From Eledone cirrhosa (taxonomy: Eukaryota): DNA of 64,000 nt. Below, piece after piece: positions 54,471 through 64,000 of this stretch. A program made the translations under genes and the position numbers. Under the pieces are notes generated by a model. That model was not told the origin of the DNA. It saw only the letters and a list, made by a program, of their open reading frames with translations, and did no database searches. The stretch's first letter is position 1. The number at the start of each line of letters is the position of its first letter. The stretch is taken from NCBI GenBank assembly GCA_964016885.1, contig OZ024740.1, positions 151,404,001-151,468,000 of the forward strand. Direction: 5' to 3'.

Positions 54471-57400
54471 AGGTGTAGAGTCTCTCACTCTCTTCTTCTG
54501 CTGCCTAATAGTCCTTCTTCTTTTCTTTCTTTTCCTTTCATTATGGCATTTATAGTCCTTTCCCACACAGCCAAATTTACCCTTCCTTAACACATCTCCT
54601 TTGTTTTCATTGCATAATTTTGTTTTTATTCTTTTTTAATATTTCTATCATAGTATAACGTTTGTTCACTAAATACTTGTTTCTTTATGTTCACGCCTGT
54701 GTATGAATTTATCACACACACATTGAGTACCAGCTTCAATATGTAGTTTGAAGGTAACATACTTAAGTGTGGGATATCTGTTAAAAGTAAAACACAGTGA
54801 TGGATTGGTGGAGCTAACTTATACTGCAAATTTGGCTTTTATCTTAGCTTCACGATATTTTTTGCTCCACCATCCTGTTTACTTTTACAGCTTTAGAATT
54901 GAAATCCTGGTAGACTGATAGAATTGAAAGCCTGTGATATCTTCTGTTGTAATGTTCTTGCTCCTGAAAACATATGTGATTCCATCTATTGTAGTTGAAA
55001 TTTGTCAACCTGCGAATCACATTCACTCATTCTTGCTCCTTAGACAATGAAATATCACTTAGATTTCAGAAATAAATGGCTCCGTCGTTGTCCTGGGTCT
55101 CCAGTCTGGTCTCAACATGGCATTATGTAATTAACGATAATTGACATGTACTATGCATGTGCATTGACTTCTCTTTTATGTCAGTTCTGTGAAATATGGG
55201 TTGTTTACAATCACCACGTAAATGTTCTTTCTTAAGGGCTTTCATTAGTGGTGTTTAACACGTATTCTGAATGTATGTAAAAAAAAGAGAGACTAGTTGG
55301 CTTAAAGAAACACTGTTAAATAACATTTTTTAAAAGTGATGGTCTTCTTGGATAAGAATGGAAATTTAGCATGGATATATATATGAAATTAAGAATGTTT
55401 TAGAAGAGTTAAATAAGATGTTCAATACATTAATAGAGAAAGTTATATATTTAATTTAGAAACAACTTTTACATGGCTAGAGCTGTTTCATTCGTTCCAA
55501 TGAAATATTTCTCGTGATATAAGAAGTCGTTTCCATATGAAATATATATATCTGTAGATAAAGTAATTGTGAGGTCTAAATTCTCCAGAGTCCTGGGAGG
55601 TTTAAGGTACTTGAATACTATCGAAGATTGATCTAATCGAAGCGTTGTGTAAGACAATTTGACAAAAGATGTAATTTGTGGTCCAAAATGTTAAGCTATT
55701 ATAGAGAATTCCTTTCTTTTCAATGAAAAAAATATAGAAAACATTATTAGTTTATGTGCCTTTGAAAGACATTTGTCTTAAATATGATACCCCTCCAGCA
55801 TTCTAAATTTCGTTAAGACTGCAAAATACCTGTTATCTTGATATGACTGTCAATTAAATTTCGCTAATCATATCAATATACTCTTCTCTATATTTTGTTG
55901 TCGTTGCTTTTTCTTTTGTCATTGTTGATGAATGAGCATACCAATGAGTATAAAAGCTTTTCGGCCTTGTCCTTCCTATCTTTTTTCGACTCTAGTGTAT
56001 CTAGAGCCTTTGCCTGTAAGAGGTATTTTCACCTGGTGTATCGATCCACAGCCCGGGGTGACAAGGTTGATCCTGGGATAGCTGACGCTGCTCCATAAGG
56101 AATATTTCTTAACCTCTTGAATTTGGAAAGGAACCCCCCCCCCCCCCACACACACACACTTCTGTTGGATGTGCTATGGTAAACTTTTCTAAATTGCAAA
56201 ATTTCTCTTGGAGTAGAACATTATCTACGGTCTCTTTCTTTCCTTAAAAAAATAGGATGTTATATAAGGAAGATTTTATTATTGTTCTTATGCATTCAAC
56301 CAGCTACGCTGCGAGCTTTTGATTCACTGATTGTTGTTGTTGCCCCCGTCATATCAGCTTGGGTAACTCAAATGAAGTACGCTAACAAATTCACTCACTT
56401 GCGTTGCACTGAATGTCATTTAAACTAGGTGAAACAGATTCCAGGAAGATAGTTTACTCCGTGACACACGAGCTTTCTTGAGGTTCAGATCGTTAATTTC
56501 TTCAATGCTACTGTTGTAACCTTTACTTGCGTGGACTTTGTATGTTATATATTTTCTTTGTTGTTGAATTATGAGCATATATTTAGATATTGGTTGAAAT
56601 GTTAGTTTCACAAGGTCCTAAGTGTCATTCTACTTGGAATTTGGGGCAAATGTCTTTTCTTTTTTGTTTTTTTATACCATAGTCGCAGGTCTGTTGTAGC
56701 ATTTTTTGCTGAAAGTGGATAGGCGGAAAGTATTCGGAGGCTCGCCTATCCTTGTCAAAAACTGTCGCGTTGATTGTGCTAGAGAATTAATTACATTAGG
56801 AGTAAATGTGATCGTGGAATAACCCTTTACACGCTGATTCAATACGCAGTTAGCTCAAGTGATAAAAATAAATCACTGAAATCATCAACAAAATAAGTAT
56901 GTGTAGGTTTCTCTCTCTTTTATTACATATTCGTTACTCTTCTGCATCAATTAAACCCGGACTGGATATAATTGATAGAAGTGCCAAGCAGAGGGCTTCA
57001 ATAGGATTAGCTGAAATGCTGCAATGACTGATACATTTTCTTCAAATTATAGCATGCGCTATTGCATAAATGAATACATTGTACAACGTAGAAAGAAGCA
57101 AGAGTTAATACTTGGTGTTCACGGCTGAAAACATCATTGTCTTCTAGATCAGGGGCTAAAGTAAAAAAAAGGAAACAACAAAATATCCAGACATTTTATG
57201 TATAATTAACTCTATATAAGAAACTATTTCTAGAATTGCACTAAAGAGGTTTAGCGAGGTTGTAACCTCTGTAGAGAACATGAGTCAAAGTTTTTTTTTC
57301 TGTTTATTGACATCAATAGCCACGCATCAATCACTTACACTACGTTCAGAATTGTGCACTACATCTTTATAATCAATATGTGACGGTGTAAAAAATGTGA

Positions 57401-57501
57401 AGTCTTCATTGTCGTCCTCTTCTTCTTTTTCTCCATCTTCTTCTTTTTCTTCGTTTTTGTTTTCTTCTTCTTCTTTTATTTTTATTTTTATTTTTCTTCT
57501 T

Positions 57502-57567
<66 letters not shown>

Positions 57568-57781
57568 GAATGCCATGGTTGACGGAGGCTCGGCTCTGTA
57601 AGTTATAGTAATTTTTAACCGCTATAACAATTGTAAATTGTTTAAAACTTGAACCAAATTGTAGATAAAAACACCCTCCTCCTCGTGAGAGGGATCTTTC
57701 TGTCCGTTATTTGGCCCTTCGGGGTTAAATAACCGCTTATTGGGGTTTTGTGCCCAATATTCATTTTAAACCGTAAAAAAC

Positions 57782-59416
57782 ATGGCTACAAAAAATAATT
57801 TTCACAAGTCACTCCCACTCATTCCGTCTTCTTCTTCCTCATCGTCACAACATCAGAGAGAAGATTGTCTCTCTCCCTCCCTTCTGGTGTCGCTCTTTGG
57901 CAAGCGACGCCATTATAGAAAAAGACAAATATAGTTTCTGGTAGCTTTCACCAAGAGAACGTGCACTCCGTGGAACATTTCTCCACGACGACGACAACGA
58001 CGAAAAATGTGTGCGGTAAATACGGAAAGCCATTTCATTCGTCTGACGTCATGAAGAATAGCAGCAGCAGCCGTAATAACAGCAGCAGCAACAACAACAG
58101 CAACAGCAGCAGCAGCAACAACAATAACCACACCAACAGTGGCGGCGGCGGTCGTAGTACCAGCAGCGACAACAAAAGTAACATCAGCTCTGACGACAAC
58201 AACAACAACAAGAAGAAAGAAAAACCTTATAACAAATGAGGAATTACAGGAAGAAAAGAAGATGGTGGCGAAAACCGGACACCGAGCAATCTGCAAGGCA
58301 GCCGAAAGATTTTTCGAAACCCAACAGCACTGTACGGTCACGTACAGTACAGTAAGCACAAAATCACGTAGGGTTGAAAGAGCCACAGAGGCTCAAATAC
58401 AAAAAGCCTTAGGGTCTGTGTGGCAGCGGAAAACGCATATCACCCGAGGCAAGAAATATGCCACCGTGGACGTGCTTTTTGCCACACCTCAGGAGGCAAA
58501 GGCTCAATCTTTAGTGACCCTAAGGAGCGAGGAAATGGTGTTGGTGACCCTCCTACTGCGGGCAAAAAATTGTGAGGGTCAAACTGACCCCCCCCCCCCC
58601 CGGGATGGCCCCTTCTTGGCTGGCCGCGTCTGTCCTCGTCGGAATCGAGGACAAAACAACTGTACTGCAAGTACAGAAAATAGTACGAGAAGATTGGGTC
58701 GGCACCTGTTAATTCAAACCAAGCAGGAGTGCATCGAAGTTATCCCGGATGTGATAGACTTCGATAACGGCACTCAACTGCCCATAAGTTTTGAGGGCAA
58801 ATACCCGAAATGTTTTCGCTGTTGGTCGAAGACTCACCTCAGGGCCTTCTGCAATGAGAAAACCCTGAGAAAGGAGAAAACCCCCCTCCTTCCGAAACCG
58901 GCTCCACTGCTACCAGCAACGGGACAGGCGGCAAGCAGGAAGGATAGGTCCGTGGCACCCATACCCACGCCACGGAAATCAAGAACAGCAGCAGCAGTGG
59001 AAGTATTAACAACAACAACAGTAATAACAATTGCAGCTGCAACAGAGACTCCACTGCAACCATCACCAACGAGAACAAGTGAAAGAGTGGTGCTTGTACC
59101 CCTCCCCGACCTCACAGAATCAGACATGGAGTGTGAGGTGGGAGAGGGATGGCAAAAGGTCGCAAAAAGGCACAAACGCAGAAGCAGCGCATCGTCGCCT
59201 TCCAAAAGGGAAGGAAGAAATGAAAAAAGGGTAAAGGCTACTGCAAAGAGACTTACAGCAGCAACACCAACAACACCATCACCACCCACACTAGCACCAC
59301 CAACACCACCAGCGGCAACCCGACCGCCAGCAACAACAACACCTTCAACACCACAAGCACCAACATCGCAAACACAACAACAAAACACACACCCAGCAAC
59401 AACGACAACAAAATAG
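57782..59416 (+). pseudogene. Tx1 ORF1 (gag-like nucleic-acid-binding protein)
   Basis: CCHC knuckle CFRCWSKTHLRAFC, the WQKV..R motif and a Pro/Thr-rich tail; frameshifts likely (poly-C at about 58588); start position uncertain. Confidence 0.8.
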
Positions 59417-59787
59417 CAGAACAATAAATACACACAAGAAACTAATGACTTACATAATTGAACACACATACATTTCACAGCACGACTACATAATACCAGC
59501 ACCAATCAAAACACCAACGAACATAAGACTGGTAAGAATAGCACAGAAACAATAAACAAACATTAAAATGAAATTCCCCAACGCAGTTGGTGATTTCAGA
59601 GACCTAGGAGGGACACTCAACCGGAGAGTATATTCGGATATACTCACAGAAGAGCAGACGACCAGCCGAAGGCACGATTCGACGGTCCCTTCACCAGACG
59701 ATCAAGTGGAAAGGGATGGAGAAACCATCCTTCCTCTAGGAGAAGTAGGGTAAGTGGTCTTTCCCATCTTTTCCACTCTATTTCAAC

Positions 59788-62700
59788 ATGACCTCACTCA
59801 GAATAGGGCAGCATAAATGCGCGTGGCTTGGGGTCGTCATGGAAGCAGGGCCACCTGCTCAACGACCTCAGGTCACTAAACATAGATGTAGTGGCCATCA
59901 GCGCGACCAGAATCTCCGAAGCACGGGCCTTCGCACCGATCTTCGGCGGCTACGATGTGTACGCATCTCCCAGCCGTCCTGGATCGGGGGAGGAGTTGCT
60001 GTGCTTTTTCGGAGAGGTTTGGATCTCGCCATACGGGCCATATTCCTGGACCCAGAAGGTAAGTTGGTGGTGCTGGACGTGACAAGCGGAGACGGGAAAG
60101 CTTTCAGGCTAGTGGCCGTCTATGCCCCGACAGGAGCAGGGAGGCCTGATTTCTTCCGGCGTCTGGAGACCTTTCTAGGAACGTCCCGCTCTTTAGTGTT
60201 AGTGGGCGACTGGAACGGGATCGTAGATGCACGCTGGGACTGTGTGGGATTAGCCGATAGGGGAGGAGGGTGCAAGAGCCTCACCAACCTGCTCAGGCGT
60301 CTTGAACTGTCTGACAGGTACCGATTGGATTTCCCGAATGTGCCAATGTGGACTTCGACAAACCGCATCGGGTCATCCAGATCATATCTAAATAGAGTAT
60401 TTTGTAGGGAAATAGATAGGTCTAGCATAGGCTGTCCACAATTCAAGATAGTCAGCTACACGGACCACAAATTCGTGATCTGTGTGCTTGACTTAGATAT
60501 GCTTCATAGACGACGACCCGGCTACTCGAAGCTAAGCGCATCCTTACCAGTGCGCAAGGCCTACAGAGACCAGATTAGCGAACTAGTTAAGCGAGCGTTG
60601 ACGGAGGCCATCGTCAACAAGTGGTGGTTTTCTCTGAAAAGAGCGATTAGAATAGAGTCCATTAGGTTTAGCAAGGCTTTAGCTATAGAGAAAAATAGAG
60701 CAGAGGGAGAACTAGTTAGAAAATTAGACGAGGCGCTTAGCAAAGGCATCGCGACAGACGTTCTTGCGGCGAAATTGACCCTTGACCAATTCTTCAATGC
60801 AAAGCACGAAGGCTACGTTGTCAGAACTAGGGTGCGTGCTCTCAGACACGAGGGGACGAAAGCCGTTCAATGGGCCCGAGTGGCAGAGGCGCGTCGTAGC
60901 AACAAAGCCACGATCCGGTCTTTGGTGGGCCACGACGGGCGCATGCTACTCGATCCCTGGCAAATGTGTGAAGCTTTTCAGCGACACTTCGCTCAGCTGT
61001 TCGGGGGCTGCAGCGGGCCGGATCGAGGGAAGGACTTTAGTGTCTACCTCAACGGACTGCCGCGGCTCTCGGCCACTGAGGCGGAGTGTTGCGAAAAGCC
61101 GATAACAGCCGCTGAAGTACGGGAGGCAATGACTGGCTGCACAAGGAATAAATCGCCTGGTTTGGATGATCTGCCCTATGAACTTTACGTACAGATGCCA
61201 GACTTGTTCGGAGGCCTCTTGGCGGATGTCTGCTGCAACTGGCAACAGAACGGGACAATTCCCAGCTCTGTGAGCCGAGGAGCGGTAGTGCTGCTGAGAA
61301 AGGATCCGAACAAGGGGGATAACATAGATAATTTCAGGCCCATAACTATGCTAAACACAGAGTTCAAGACTTTGGCCAAGCGGCTAGCAAAGAGGTTGGC
61401 GCTTGTCGTTGGTGGTCTGGTGGAAGAGGCGCAGACATGCGCCATTCCCGACAGATCCATCCACGACAACCTCCACCTCATGCGATACATCGTAGAGAGG
61501 GTAGCTAGGGAACCTGGCACGGGGGGTCCTTGATCAATTTAGATCAGTCGAAAGCTTTCGATAGGGTCGACCATCGTTACCTAGCGGCAGTCCTGAAGGC
61601 GGCTGGCTTTGGGCCCTACTTCAGAGGCTGGATCGCTGCCATGCACAGCAACATCTGCTCTGTGGTGAGAGTGAACGATCACCTTTCGGAACCGTTCAAC
61701 ATCATGCGCTCGGTCCGCCAAGGATATCCCCTCTCGTCCCTCTTGTACGTATTGACTCTCGAGCCATTACTGCACAAACTGGAGACGTTGAGAGGGATCC
61801 CGCGCGAACTAGGATGCGGAAGATCCGTGTCAGCATATGCGGACGATGTCACCGTAGTGGTGTCTAACGCCATCACATCGAGGCGATCGGCACTAAACTA
61901 AGAGAATACGAAGCAGTGACAGTAGAAATGATCAAACAGGAAATGTCAGTGGGCCTGCAACTCGGCACCTGGAGAGGCAGGTCCATGCCCTCCAACAGCG
62001 TCGTCGGGCGCTGGACGGACGGACCGGTTGCTAGGGGTCTGGTTTGGTCCGGACCTCCAGACGGACAAAAACTGGAACGAGGTGACGACCAAGGTGGCTT
62101 CTCTCACCCAGAAATGGGCGGAGAGGAAGCTATCACTGAAAGGTCGAGCGGAGGTGGCTAACGCGTACATCGCGTCCGTCATCTACTATCGCCTGACCGT
62201 CGTACCTTGTCCTAAGCCCCCCTGACTGCGCTGGAGCGTTTTCTCTTTCGCTTTTTGTGGAAGGGACGTGCTCCGATGGTCAGGCGGTCCATCTGCTGTC
62301 AACACCCGCTACGTGGAGGGCTGGGCATGCCGTGGCTGATGATGCGCAGACACGCGCTCAGGCTACGACATCTCCACCTGTTCCTCGACTGTGATCAGGT
62401 GTGGTCGCCGTTTGCTAGACGCGTCTTTCCCCAGCTCGTCTCCTTGACGAAGCTGCAGTCCTGGGTCAAGCGAAGACTGAGAGGGAGCGCTTGGAGACTG
62501 GAATGTCTTCAGGCGCTCACAGCCCTCGACCAATCGGGTAATGTGATCGGTGGAAACTCCACTTCAGCGTTCTATAGAGGATTAGTGGAGAGGAAGAGCG
62601 ACGACGTACTTGGGCAAACTCTAGGGGTCGACGAAAATCAACTAGCCAATCTCTTCGGAAGAACTTTCGGGCCGGGGCCTGTGGACAACCTCCAGAAATC

Positions 62701-63197
62701 CCTGGCCTGGCAGTACTACCGAGGAGCTTTCCCAGTTCGGGATAAAGTTCTTCAGGCATGGAGGTGCCGTCAGTCGGGAATGTCCGAGATGCGCGCAGGG
62801 CGACGAAACCGTCCTGCACGCACTCGTCCAGTGTCAGAGCATTGCTGAATTGTGGGTTTATGTCGAAAACCTGCTGTGGCATGTACGACGGATCCGGCTA
62901 TCAGCTGAGTCCATCGTGAGGATTGCCCCGCCGTCTTCCTTTAGCCGGGAAGGGCAGGCAGTTTTTATCTGTCTGATGGCCATGGCGAAAGAGATAGTAT
63001 GGTGGACACGTTTGAAAGGGCTGAAGACGAGCACTTACCTCTTTGGTGATGCCCTGATTAACCTTTACAAATTTCATTTGAAAAGGAAAATCAGAGTAGA
63101 GAGGGAAGTGCTCTCTTCCCAGCATTTTGTTGAAAGATGGGTGAGAGAAGCAAGTATAGCCCGAGTGAATGGGCCTACTCTGAGTATGTGTATGTAA
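59788..63197 (+). pseudogene. Tx1 ORF2 (APE endonuclease, reverse transcriptase, Zn finger), split by frameshifts
   Basis: VYAP, VGDWN and TDH (APE); KSPGLD, DQSKAFDRV, RQGYPLS and YADD (RT); spread over at least 6 ORF pieces. Confidence 0.92.
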
Positions 63198-63445
63198 ATT
63201 AATGGTGGAAAACTGAGAGAGGGCACTTGCCCTGGTGGTCTGGGTCACTGTGGCCTTTTAATGGGCTTTCTCCACAAATGTCCCTCGGAAGTATCCCCCC
63301 TATTGGGGAATTTTTCATTGTTATTTTTTGTTACATCCTGTTTTTGTTTTTTTACACGCAGAAATGCCCATTTGTACCGTCCTGTATTGTCCTGTACTGT
63401 CCTTAATGTCTACTTTATGTAAACCCTTGTGGTTAATAAAGAAAG

Positions 63446-63488
<43 letters not shown>

Positions 63489-64000
63489 TTTCGTCTTTTT
63501 ATTATTATTTTTATTTTTATTTTTATTTTTATTTTTATTTTTATTTTTATTTTTATTCTTACCTGAGATATTTTCATCGTGAGCTTTACATCCCTAACCA
63601 CTAGGCAAAGCAATTTCATTACATTCAAGAAACTTTAGATAAGTAAATGTTCTTACTACTAGATCTACTAAGGAGCTTAATAACGAGAAAATTAGTTGTA
63701 TTACTAAATCTCTGCAAACGAAAGCGTTTCCATTAGCTGGACGAGCCAACGGCTAAGATTCGCTCTGGGGATGAAAACAGTTTATAATAGCAGATATGAA
63801 TTGCGAATGCATAAGAAGCTGTGAAGATGCACCTGCGTTTAGAATAATAATGAATCTTCCAATTTACAAATTCATAATTACGTCATTCATATTAGATGTT
63901 CTTTTCATATGGGTATTTAAAAACTTTCTCAGCAAGCAGTTTTGCATTCGAATGCGGGCGAAATATCACTCATGGACGAGATTCTTCACACTTGCTTCAA

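Larger units (their letters stand above)
57568..63446 (+). mobile_element. Full-length Tx1/L1-clade LINE (frameshifted)
   Basis: 5'UTR, ORF1 with Zn knuckle, ORF2 (APE, RT, Zn finger), AATAAA at 63435; (TTA)n on both sides. Confidence 0.92.

Noticed and set aside
58834-59505. 223-aa antisense ORF in Tx1 ORF1
   Set aside because: Shadow of the low-complexity ACA/CCA-rich sense strand

Overview
Eukaryotic, AT-rich, microsatellite-saturated DNA with a 200-N gap at 49540-49739. The Deu/Nin-domain SINE family and overall repeat landscape suggest a cephalopod (Octopus-like) genome; this is inference. No host gene can be called with confidence, and nearly all ORF-track entries are simple-repeat artefacts. 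Recognisable transposons: three Tx1/L1-clade LINEs (a frameshifted full-length copy at 57.6-63.4 kb, a 5'-truncated copy with a perfect 20-bp TSD at 0.66-3.63 kb, and a decayed copy), Penelope-like (GIY-YIG) elements with inverted pseudo-LTRs, CRE and RTE fragments, a non-autonomous Helitron, mariner/Tc1 relics and many SINEs. The most striking signal is about 20 minimal type-I hammerhead-ribozyme motifs. A few look intact and most are decayed. They are carried by several unrelated short non-coding elements that sit in (TA)n tracts and often form foldback structures, consistent with a diverse set of Penelope-dependent, retrozyme-like non-autonomous elements.
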